DNA from: Massalongia carnosa
Taxonomy: Eukaryota
Reading direction: 5' to 3'
Assembly: GCA_965645245.1 (NCBI GenBank)
Contig: OZ287071.1
Location: 682,001-746,000 of the forward strand
Length of the DNA stretch: 64,000 bases
Part shown: one piece after another, positions 51,414 through 62,000 of the stretch
Position numbering within the stretch: position 1 is the first letter of the stretch
Layout: every line of letters starts with the position of its first letter
Position numbers and translations under genes: made by a program
The notes under the pieces: model-generated
The model's database searches: none
What the model was told of the DNA's origin: nothing
The model's input: the letters and a program-made list of their open reading frames with translations, nothing else

Positions 51414-52424
51414 CTAAATCTCTTCATGCCTGAACGGCTCATAGGCCGTCGCCTTAGGCCCCATGTTCCCCATGGGCACGCCCTGGTGAAACGCAGGCGC
51501 CGGCCCCTTGTTCCCGCTCTGGCCCAAAAACGGGCTGTCGACGCGATCGTACGTGTACGGGGTCCGTTCGGCGCGCGAGCCTTTCTGGCCGCCGTTCCCG
51601 CCGCCGTTGTATCCCTTGATCTTGTCGCTGCGGCCGGAGCAGCAGCAGGAGCTGAAGAGCCAAAACAGGCCTGCGGCCCACGAAAAGGCAACGGCGATCC
51701 AGAGGATGACGAAGATGTTGTGGCCGACCGAGGCGTGGATGTTGTATTTCGTCAGGGCGTGGTTGAAGGTGGCGGTGAGGGTGGAGAAGAGGATGGTGGC
51801 AGTAAGGGCAAAGCTGAGGATGGAGGTGCTGCTGATGGACGAGACGATGGTGGTGGCAAGACTTCCCCAGCGGCTGAAGAGGGCGAGCACGCCCACGACC
51901 ACCTCAACGGCGGTGGAGATGATGGCCACGGTGTACGCGATGAACATCCATTTCGTCACGGTTCGATAGGCTTTCAGGCCGTCGTTGAGCTGTTTGCCAA
52001 AGAGCTGGTCGGCGGCTGACTGGTTCAGGCCCCACACTTCGACGGGGTTGAACCAGAACTCCGATTGGTGCTTAGAGCAAAACGTAACGTGATCGTTGGT
52101 GTTTTCCTTGGACGTGGTGTGGTTGTTCCCAAAGTCGCCGGAGCAGTAGTTCCACAGGCTCACATGGTAGAAGTCTTGGATGTCCACTTTGGAACCGGTC
52201 GATGTGCTGGTTTTGTTGAAATACTGCAGCACCTCCGAAGGGATGGCCATGTTTGAACCGTCGACGTTGATGTCGGAGGTGTTTGCTCGAAAAAAGTACA
52301 GTTTATTGAGGCCACCATTGCTCTTGTTGGTGCCACCGAGACCGACAACGATCAGCAGTCCTAATGATATGATGCTCAAAGCCATCGGCGTGAATATACA
52401 CGCAAATCTCCCAGCTTTTCCCAT
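51414..52424 (-). CDS. SUR7/PalI-family four-TM membrane protein, intronless
   Basis: N-terminal TM; extracellular loop with DFYHVSLWNYCSG and FWFNPVEVWGL; three further TM helices; SSCCCSG cluster. Confidence 0.88.
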   Translation of the reverse strand: MGKAGRFACIFTPMALSIISLGLLIVVGLGGTNKSNGGLNKLYFFRANTSDINVDGSNMAIPSEVLQYFNKTSTSTGSKVDIQDFYHVSLWNYCSGDFGNNHTTSKENTNDHVTFCSKHQSEFWFNPVEVWGLNQSAADQLFGKQLNDGLKAYRTVTKWMFIAYTVAIISTAVEVVVGVLALFSRWGSLATTIVSSISSTSILSFALTATILFSTLTATFNHALTKYNIHASVGHNIFVILWIAVAFSWAAGLFWLFSSCCCSGRSDKIKGYNGGGNGGQKGSRAERTPYTYDRVDSPFLGQSGNKGPAPAFHQGVPMGNMGPKATAYEPFRHEEI

Positions 52425-53055
52425 GGCTGTGGTTGTAGCAACGAACGCTGTAAAGATTGGACGACGACTAGGCTAGTCTTCGGGGGAGAGGCGGGGAGGG
52501 TGAAGCTGAGGAAGCAAGAGTGGGTTCTATTTGTAAGGGGGTACGAATAGCAATTCCGTCGAAAAGAACGAGATGTGTTGCAAAAGGACGTACGAAGGGA
52601 GTGGTTTGTTGTTATGTACTCTGTAGTATGTGCGTTGAGGTTTGTGGGTGAAGGGGGCGAAGCTCAGTTCTGTACTTGGTACTACTGTACTCTTAGGCTG
52701 GGCTGAGAAGTGAGCAAAGATTCGCGGCCGTAGTAAATGACCCTGGCAAGTCCCTTCCTATTGGACACAAGTCCTTCAGAGTGAGTCAGCTAGCCTTGTT
52801 TAGTTAGGCTCTTGCGTGGCTGACCTGCAGCCTCAAACACGCCACGTTCATGCGGTTAAAATAGACATTTCATGCTCCCCATCCTTGTTCGCCGAGTGGG
52901 ATCCAAAGACATAACGATGCCATTCGCAATCCCATCGCCAACGAGTCAGATAGGAAAACGCTCTTTTACAGTTTTTGGGGGACACTAGTTCCGAACCTCC
53001 CCCTCCACCGGTTGTAGACCCTTTCGTAAGTAATCGGAACATCGGCAGCGGATGA

Positions 53056-56000
53056 TCAAGATTGAGAGCTTCTCGCCATCTTCCTTGCCGTACCTCCCGC
53101 CTTACCGCGCTTCCTCGACGTCATAAGAGCCTCGTGCTCAGCATCATTTGCGGAATCCGAATTAGACATAGAACCATCTCGTACTGCGGCTCGCTTGTTG
53201 GATTTTGACTTTGGCAAAACCTTGCGGGATTCGGCCGACTCGCTCGTATTCTCGGGTGTAACGCCGTCCGTGTCTCTGGTTTCTCCTGCCGTTGTGGCGC
53301 TGTCGTCGCCTTCTCCAACGGTTCGGTTCTTAGCCTGCTGCTGCAATCGTCCCAACGCACTCTCCATGCGCTTGCTCTTTCCTTCCCCTCTCCTCCTGGG
53401 AGCAAACGCGGATACTCCACCACCGCTTGGTCGGCCGCCGATCCCCACGCTTCCGCTGAAGAACTGAGTGATGTTCGCCTGTGTACCTTCGTTTTCCCGT
53501 CGATTCATGTCTTTGATCACAGGAACCAGAACCTCGTCAGTCCGCTCCTGCGTCCAGCCGATGGTCGCCATCAGAAATTGTCGTAACGCATCGAGATCTG
53601 GTACCCCCCATGCAAAGGGTGAAGGATCGCGATCAACTTCAGGGTGCAAGTACGCTTGTTCGACACGCTTGTCAGGAAAGACCGCCGGAAGGAAGATTTT
53701 GGTTGCGTTGCGGCGGAACTTTCGGCGAAAGGAATTGGAGGCGTCTTCCGCAGAGAGTGGTTGTCCCATTTGGACGGTGGACCACCATTCGGAAAACTCC
53801 TCGAGGGTTTCAAACTCGGAGAGTATTTCCAGGGCGGTGACGGGGCCGACAGATGGCAGCCCTTCCGTGTAGTCGCTGCCTAATAAGTGCGCGATACGAA
53901 TAAGCTTCTGGCGGTCGAGAGAGTATTCTTTTTCTAGGTCAGACGAGAGATAGCACTCGACAAATTTGGCCTGGTTGAACATGTTTTTGTACACCCGTGT
54001 CCCGCCAAAGAGGAAGATATCGGAATCGTCAGTCACGATCCCGTCAACAAGGCCCAAGGAAACGAGTTCAGCGCACTGAGCTTCCGCTTCCATGGGTGCC
54101 GTGACGTATGGAAGGCCGAAGAGCTTTAGTAGCTGCTGACATTCTGTAATCATGATGTGGGAGACTTCGTCAGCATCACGGCGATCTTTCTTCTGCTGAG
54201 AGCGGAGTTGTCGTAGTTCTTTTTCATAATCTTCCGCACTTTGAAGTTGAGAGTGGGAGCTCAGAGTGGAGGCAAAGCGGGCATGTTCTTCGGCCTCGAT
54301 GGCTAACTGGCGTAGGAGATCCTCATCCTCCGGGTCTGAATAGAAACCTTCTTCCTCTGGCGGCAAATCATCCAAGGTGCCATCCTGGAGAGATTCCCCA
54401 GTGGGTAGCGGCGAGAGTACAGGGTCGCCGTTGAAGTTCTGAGTCATTGACTGCTGAGGTTCTGTCGGCGAATCTATGGTCCTTACATTCTCGAATTCAG
54501 GCGACGCTGACGTAGAGGACTGCGTTTGCAGGCTGCCCCCAGAAGGTTTGATGAGATTTGCTGCTCTTCTTGGTCTATCGTCCTCGAGGTCGCTTTCTTC
54601 CCACTCTACCACCTCGGAGTCAGAACTATCTTGTACAGATAGCGGTGCTTTATTTGAATGCTTTTCAACTGAGTGTCTACTTGGTATAGTATCAAATAAA
54701 GGGAACTCAGGGAAGGCAGGCTCAGCTCGAGTTAGATCTCCCACATTACCCATCCTGGTTTCCGCATCGATTGGTCGAATATCTCCCATTATGATATCAT
54801 CGCCGCCTTTGGCGTTGGATGAGTCAACCTCAATAACCCCATTGCTGTCGTCCCTAGGCGAGTCAATACTGATGACTTCTCCCGTTTCCTGCCTGTTGAG
54901 TGGCGTTCTATCCATTGTTTGGTTTTCTACCTCCGCTGCATGATCTTCGCGCTGGTGGCTTTCAAGCGCCTTTTGTGCGGCGCTGGTCTCCCGTATGTCT
55001 CCAGAAAACCACGGAGGTAGAGGCTGAGCGGGTGTCCGAGTTTCTAATGTCGACTCCTTCTCAAACCCTCCAGCATCTTCCTCGACCACCTCTTTCTTTT
55101 TTCTCCCAAGAATAGACTTTCCGAGGTTAAGCGATTCAAACGGAAGAGGTCCATCAAAGATTGGTAGTGGTTGTGACCCCTTTTGCGTTGGAGAAACTGA
55201 GGTGGGAACTGATTTAGGCTCAGGAGATTTTCGGGTTCCGTTTGCTGACCTATCTGGACTATTCAGGCCAAAAACCTCAGGTCCACTTTGAGATTTATGC
55301 ATGGTCCCCCTAGATTCATCCAACGTGCCTTGTAGATTGACATCGTCCCCTTTGGTGTCAACGTTCATCATAGATTTGGTCGCTGCCAGATTCGCTTTAG
55401 CATTCCACGAGTGGGCAAAGTTGCGACCAATCTCGGCATTTCTCTGATTGAACTCAAGAGGTTGGTCGATCCTCGGTCCTAAAAAATCTAGGGCTGAAGA
55501 ACTTGTTGCATTAACTTCACGCAGCGGATCTCCAGGCTGCTCAAGCGACATTGCAATAGCTCGGCTGAGATCCTCGTCTTCATCGGCAAGCACGTTTGGG
55601 ACGTTTTGGAAGAGACCGTCCATATCTTCATCCTCAGCTTCAACTTCCTGTGGAATGAACAGCGAGTCCGTGTCATCGGTAGTAATGGTTGTGTCAAGGC
55701 GCTTCCCATCAACGGCATTTTGGCGTTCCTTATATAGTGCTTGTCTCTGATTGGTAGCCTCTTCGGCCTCGTCCACATCAAGAGCAGATGCTCCAGCCCT
55801 TCGCTTGGGCAGTCGATTTAAACCTTCAATCGGCACGTCTTCAAACCCATCGTCTTCCCACTCATCTTCCTCATCCTCTTGAGTAGCAGTTTCCTTACCA
55901 AATTCTTCGACATCAATAGGCTTGTTTCGTTCTCCTTCACCCTTGTTGCTCACCACCCCCAATGCCCACCCGCCTTCGACACCATCATTCTTGACCAAAA

Positions 56001-56937
56001 CGTACTCCCTCTCCTTTTCTCCAGCCACCCTACCTCCCCCATCAGAGCCAAACATTGCATCTTCTCCGTTCGCTCCATTAATGTTCATCAACCTCTGCGT
56101 TAATTCATTCCTCTCCGCAACTCTTTCGATCTGAAACTTTGAAAAAGCCATTCGGTCTGGAAACATGCCATCCAACTGTTCCTTGCTATATCCCATCCTT
56201 AATCTACTTCTCAATCTCGCCGCGTTGAGGATATTATATCGATCGCTCGCCGGCAAACTCATGAAGAACGGGCCGTTGAAATCAATCTTGCTAAAATCGT
56301 AAAGGTTGATATCCTCTCCTGTATGAAATTGCCTTGCATACTCCTCCAGCTCCTCATGACTCATGACCCTTGGATCATTCGGCGCGCCCATGTCCGCCAG
56401 ACTGACGTCTAGAGCCGGTAAATGATAAGCGTCCGTCTTGCGAAACGCACGGTTCTGCACCCTCTCCTGGACCGTCATCTCCAACTCATCCACATACACC
56501 AAATTCTCCGGCAGCACCTCTTCCTCCTGATCCCTCTCTCTTCCGCGATCCCTGTCATCCCTCCTTCTCCGTTCCTCCTCCTCCGCTCGCCGCCGCATTT
56601 GCACGCCCAGAAGCTTTCCCGCAGTGCGCACTGCATCCTCCCTCCGGCCTTCTCTCCTCGCCTTCCGGCCCCCGATCGTCTCCCGCTTCAACACGGGCGC
56701 CCCGCCATCGAATACGAACACCGGCTTAATGCCGAAGAACAGCAGCTTACAGATCCGGCGGAAGAAACCCACCACGTGCGAGTTGCGGAGCGCGTTGCCT
56801 TCTTTGTCGCGCACCGCTTTCAGGAACTGGTAGATCCAGATGGAGGCGTCGATGGCGAGACGCTTTTTGTTGAGCGTTTCGAGCTTTATGGGACGGGCGC
56901 ATGGTTGGATGACGGTCCAAAGGCCAGTGACGCCCAT
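53056..56937 (-). CDS. RAD2: XPG/Rad2 nucleotide-excision-repair endonuclease, intronless, 1293 aa
   Basis: XPG-N (MGVTGLW, DASIWIYQF, KPVFVFDG), UIM-like DLSRAIAMSL, XPG-I (APMEAEAQCA, TDDSDIFLFGG, LLGSDYTEG). Confidence 0.98.
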   Translation of the reverse strand: MGVTGLWTVIQPCARPIKLETLNKKRLAIDASIWIYQFLKAVRDKEGNALRNSHVVGFFRRICKLLFFGIKPVFVFDGGAPVLKRETIGGRKARREGRREDAVRTAGKLLGVQMRRRAEEEERRRRDDRDRGRERDQEEEVLPENLVYVDELEMTVQERVQNRAFRKTDAYHLPALDVSLADMGAPNDPRVMSHEELEEYARQFHTGEDINLYDFSKIDFNGPFFMSLPASDRYNILNAARLRSRLRMGYSKEQLDGMFPDRMAFSKFQIERVAERNELTQRLMNINGANGEDAMFGSDGGGRVAGEKEREYVLVKNDGVEGGWALGVVSNKGEGERNKPIDVEEFGKETATQEDEEDEWEDDGFEDVPIEGLNRLPKRRAGASALDVDEAEEATNQRQALYKERQNAVDGKRLDTTITTDDTDSLFIPQEVEAEDEDMDGLFQNVPNVLADEDEDLSRAIAMSLEQPGDPLREVNATSSSALDFLGPRIDQPLEFNQRNAEIGRNFAHSWNAKANLAATKSMMNVDTKGDDVNLQGTLDESRGTMHKSQSGPEVFGLNSPDRSANGTRKSPEPKSVPTSVSPTQKGSQPLPIFDGPLPFESLNLGKSILGRKKKEVVEEDAGGFEKESTLETRTPAQPLPPWFSGDIRETSAAQKALESHQREDHAAEVENQTMDRTPLNRQETGEVISIDSPRDDSNGVIEVDSSNAKGGDDIIMGDIRPIDAETRMGNVGDLTRAEPAFPEFPLFDTIPSRHSVEKHSNKAPLSVQDSSDSEVVEWEESDLEDDRPRRAANLIKPSGGSLQTQSSTSASPEFENVRTIDSPTEPQQSMTQNFNGDPVLSPLPTGESLQDGTLDDLPPEEEGFYSDPEDEDLLRQLAIEAEEHARFASTLSSHSQLQSAEDYEKELRQLRSQQKKDRRDADEVSHIMITECQQLLKLFGLPYVTAPMEAEAQCAELVSLGLVDGIVTDDSDIFLFGGTRVYKNMFNQAKFVECYLSSDLEKEYSLDRQKLIRIAHLLGSDYTEGLPSVGPVTALEILSEFETLEEFSEWWSTVQMGQPLSAEDASNSFRRKFRRNATKIFLPAVFPDKRVEQAYLHPEVDRDPSPFAWGVPDLDALRQFLMATIGWTQERTDEVLVPVIKDMNRRENEGTQANITQFFSGSVGIGGRPSGGGVSAFAPRRRGEGKSKRMESALGRLQQQAKNRTVGEGDDSATTAGETRDTDGVTPENTSESAESRKVLPKSKSNKRAAVRDGSMSNSDSANDAEHEALMTSRKRGKAGGTARKMARSSQS

Positions 56938-57226
56938 GAGGCCAAGGCGGGTGACGGGAGATTGGTGAGGATGTAGTTTTTCGCCTTTAGCTATCTTCTT
57001 TGTCTTACGATAGGTTTATGGGTAGAACACGTGACTTAACACGCTGTAGAATTATCGGTGACATTATTTGTAGTATCTCTTTTCGCAATAGTCATTCTGG
57101 TTGAGATTATCCTCATAATGGTCCTGCAGCTTGTGATCACAGAGTGATTTGGATTACGCATACGTTGTGTTGAAACACTGGATATCTCTAGCCCTTGCTC
57201 TTCCTCCGCTTGCAACCAGCCTGACC

Positions 57227-58734
57227 ATGAAGAGCCTATCACCCGCTGCTCTAACTGGTCACCATCCTCGAAAGAAAAAACATACTATGAGAATCGCTTG
57301 GCACCATCACCAGCTCCCGCTTTGCAGAAACTATTCGGTTTTTTAGACGCTCCGATATCTCCACCACCGAGCAAACGCAGCAAACGATCTCTACCTGAGA
57401 CAGGGGAACCAGCGAGGTACCCTCAATCCTGGGATCATCAACTTAGCAATGGCCCCACTACGAGCCAAGCAGCCATTGAAGCCGGCGAAGTCCTCATCAA
57501 AGATCATCTTAAATTCTTTTCAGAGCAACTGCAGCAAGTCGTGAAAGGGGGACCTGGGCCTCGCCTTTCCATTGAAGGGTTTGCGGATTTGTATCAGCGT
57601 AATCAGCACAGGCGAGGCCGACATTTCGTGCTCCATCAGCATGATCATCCGGTAGCTGGCTTGCACTATGCTCTCCGCCTTCAGATTTCGGAGACAAGTT
57701 CCATCAGCTTTGCTGTTATGTACGGGTTGCCAGGAAATCCTTACTCCAGGAGGTTGAGTAGGAATACAACGGAGACAAGAGTTCATAACTTGTGGGTACG
57801 TAAAGCAGTAGCCTTTCATATAGTATGCTGCTCCTTGTGTCTGCAGATTAGAGTTATCAATGACTGGACTTTGCTCCGCCCATTGAATGCTCCAAGTAGG
57901 CGCTCCCAAGCTAACGTCACTATAGAATCATCTTATCGAGACTGCTACTCCTTCTACTGGCAGCATGCTTATTTGGGACACCGTGGAATACTCTATACTA
58001 CCTTACAAGAAGCCGGGTGAAGAGACTGATGGCGAAATGGAGTCCGATGGCGTGCAATTGAGCTTTTTATCAGATTCCGAGAAGCTCCATTTAGCGTTTC
58101 AAAATGTGCGTGTTTTAACTATTCACCCCAATATCCATCACTGACCCAACGCAGCGCAAAATCCGACTCCACCTACACGGCACCCGACTCCCTCCAAATT
58201 ACACCATTTCTATCCGTCTCCAAACGTCTAACAACCGCATTTCTCAACCCAAACCCCCCATCCGTAAGCGTCGGCGCATCGCGCCCAAACCTTCTAATGT
58301 TTCCGATGACGAGAACCCTCTCAAACCCCATGCTCCAATCCCCACTCTTGCAACTACAGTCTAACCTATCGCCCGCGAGCTCGCGGAGCAAGAAGATTGA
58401 AAAAGTCCGCCTCACAAACGCCTACCCTGGCGCCATCAACAGCATAAACTCCATTTATCAACGCACGTGGTACCTCTCTCTCGATCGGCCCTCCTCTGGT
58501 TTCGAGCTAAAAGAGAAGCCCTCATCGGGCAACAAGAGTCGGGAATGGGTGCGCAAGCCGTTTCTATCTAGCGGGCGCGAGCTAGGGGGCTTGGGGGGCT
58601 TTGAACCTTTTTTCGTAAGCGGCAGGGAGGTGGAGAGGAGCGTTGTGACGGGGAGGTTGGCGGATGAGGTTTTGAGGGATGGGGGAGTGGAAGGGTATGT
58701 GGCCCGGAAAGGGTGGAGACCAGTTTTGGAGTGA
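57227..58734 (+). pseudogene. Fungal stand-alone LigD 3'-phosphoesterase (PE) domain gene, apparently disabled
   Basis: FVLHQHDHPVAGLHYALRLQ...MYGLPGNP...TETRVHNLW/NHLIET...GSMLIWDT, RKIRLHLHGTRLP, NAYPGA, GWRPVLE. Introns 57796-57925 and 58106-58154. Lesions: ATG 57227 out of frame with the body, TAA 58362-58364 in frame, frameshift at ~58397. Confidence 0.78.
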
Positions 58735-59015
58735 TAGAAGGTTGGGAACAAGCCAGGGTTTCACAATCCCTCGCCTCCCTTCTCCGGGGATGAACAGCTT
58801 GCCATTTTGACTCATGCCAAACTTTCGAACCCTTAGCAAGGCCCTCATTTGTTTCATTCCTTCAGGTCTAAATGTAATTTTATCGCATGCTATTAATTTT
58901 AAACCTCCAGCTCTATGAGACATATAACGCGTTGTTCCGGCATTCCACGCTTTTGCCCCTTTTATCCTTTTACATTTTTCCGACTTCCGCTTCTCATGCA
59001 CAAATACTAAGAACC

Positions 59016-62000
59016 TCAAGCCCTCCCCTCCCCGTCACCCTCCCCTTCTGGCCCCTCCCCTAGAATAATCCCCTCCAATCGCTCCTTCTCCCCGCTCTGC
59101 CCGACCATCTCCCAGAACAAGCCCCGAGCCTGCAGCAAATTGCGCGGACTGTCGAACTCGACGGCCTTGCCCTCGCTCATAACGAGGATGCGGTCAAAAT
59201 CGGCAATGGTGCTGAGCCGATGCGCGATGATGAGGAGGGTGCTGTTCTTGAACTCAGTGCGTATGCTACGCTGGATCAGCGAATCAGTAGCCATGTCGAC
59301 GGCCGACGTCGCTTCGTCCAGTACCATGATCTTGGGGCGGGAGACGATGGCGCGGGCAAGGCAGAGCAGCTGCCGCTGGCCTTGCGAGAGATTGAGCCCG
59401 CCTTCGCTGATACGGGACGACAGCGAATTGAACACGTTGGGGTTGGTGTCTGGAGTGAGGATGGCAGGAGTGATCGCGCCGCTCTCACTGGCGGAGCTAC
59501 GGATTAGATGCACTCGTTCCATGGCATCGTAGAGTTCTACATCAGTGTGATTGTCGAAAGCGTCGAGGTTCGAACGGACGGTACCGGAGAAGAGGACGGG
59601 GTCCTGCGGAATGATGGCTAGACGACTCCTGAGATCCTGGAGCCCGATTTTCGAAATATCAATCCCATCGATGGAAATGGACCCCTCACGTGCCTCGAGA
59701 AAGCGAAACAGCGCGAGCGTTAAGGAAGACTTTCCAGCACCGGTTCGACCAACTACGCCAACACGTTGATTCTTGGCCACGATAAAAGACAGGCCTTTGA
59801 GAACAGGGGGAAGGTCCGGGGCATAGCCAACAACAAGTCTTTCAATCTCCAGCCTACCCTCCTGAGGCCATGAAGCCGGCACGGTAGTCTCATAACTATC
59901 GTCATCACATCCAGCCTGATCCTCGATGGGGATTCTGGAGTATTCCACAATGCGTTCAGTGGCATTCATGGCAAGCTCAACGCTTGAGTATCTGTTCCGC
60001 ATCAGCTTCTGGGTATAGACACAACTAGAATCCATACTGTCGGATAGTCCACATCTAGCTCTAAGTTAGCACCCTTCTTAAAAATTGACTGGGGCACTTA
60101 CGATGGCGCTACTGTACTGGAGGGCGAAGCTAAGTGCGAACCCGGCAAGGCTGGCATCTATACCTTTAGAGGAGACGATGACAGCTGAAATTAATACAGC
60201 GAATGCTGCGCCAACAATGTTAAGACGGAAAGCCATCCACCGATTGAAGAGCCAAAGATACCAATAGACCTTAGCATAGTCATCTATCTTATCAAACATT
60301 CTAGTGGCACATAATATTTGTTAGCCTGCGTTCCTACCAAGATGAAAGAAGCATGACAAGTCGACGCTGCAAGAGCAGATACCTTTCTACGTAAACTTCC
60401 ACTTTACCAAAGCTGCGTATGGTGCCAATCCCTGCCAATGCCGACCGAAACTGCTCGTAGATGGGGCTTTTGGTGTTACTTTCAAGACGCTTTACTTCTC
60501 GAGCTCCGGGTAGAAAGCGAGCTGCGATAAGAAGACATAGAAATGATAAGAAAAGAGAGGCTAAAAGGATATAGGGCGAGACGAAGAGTCCAGCAACGAT
60601 GATACCAATCAGCTGTATACCCTGATACATCATGAAGCCTAAATCTATCTGGGCCAGAATCAGTCTCTTATACAGCCAAGCTACTATACTTTGCAAACCT
60701 ACACCCATCCTACTATCGACAACAGCAAAATCTGCGCTTTTTTTGGATCAGCACCCATTCTCAATTTAGAGAGGTCAGCCCCTTACGTAAATCTGTTCAG
60801 TATTCGGCCGACAGGAACTGTATCCAACCATCTCAGAGGAGCCCGGAGCACCGCATATGTAAGCTTTTCATAGAGGATACGAGACGCTCGTAGAGAGCCC
60901 ATTAATACGTAGTAGTACCTCAAGGTCCCAGATATACAGATTGCTAACGAGATGCCGATGAAGACACGCAAATAGAAAAACAAGTCTGGAGTCTGCTGTA
61001 TGTCCAGGCTTGATTCCAAGGCTCTGTATTGGACACTGAAGCGATATAAAAATATTTGTTGCACCGACAATGAGGTTGCCTCTTGGCTATATGACCTAGT
61101 CCAGAGACTGATCCACCAAGACTACACAACATCAGCCTCAATATCAGAACAAAGTTGTTGCGGGGGTCTTTTATATAGGGTAGAGGATGGATGTATCTTC
61201 ATCTTCATTCCGATGTCTGCACTTTGCGGGCAAATACCAAATAGCTAGGAAAGAACAGATAAACCTACTCTACCCAGTATCAGCCCTTGATGAGCCACGA
61301 ACATAGCAAGTACTACAACCCAAAACAACCAGCCACCGCTGGTGTTTAGGTATTCTTTATAAATGCCAAACTTGACTTTACCTCGTTCTCTTTTCTCCTC
61401 TTCGGTAAAAATTCTCGGCTGTCCCTCTTTAAGAGGTAACTCCTCATCATCAATTATGAGCGAAGCCTCGGTTGTTCTACTCAACACTTGGTGAAGTGTG
61501 TTAGTAACCTCATCTTTTAGTAACTGCTCATCGTTTATTTTTTCTTCTCCTTGGGCGGCTTCCTCTTGCTGTAGTATCTTTTCCAGAACACCAGACTTCT
61601 TGAATTCGTCTACAAACCCAGCATTTTCAACGGTCCCATCACCAAGAAGTACAGCATACTTGGTTTTTGGAATGCATAAATCCAGATGATGAGTTGCTAA
61701 TATGCGGGTTCGACCCATTCCAAGGGGGCCGGTAAGAGCCTCTTCGAAAAGCTGCCGTCCAACATGGGTGTCCTAAAATAATTTGACAATTTTAGTTTCA
61801 TATGGACAAGAAACCGAGTTAATAAGAAACGTACAACAGCGCTAAAGATATCATCGAGAATCAAGATACCAGCACGAGAATATAGTGCTCGGGCGAACGA
61901 AATCCGCCACCGCTGGCCGCCGCTCAGATTAATGCCATTCGCTCCGATGTCTGTCAATTCGCCATCCGGAAGCATGTCAAAGTCCTTGATCAAAGCGCAC

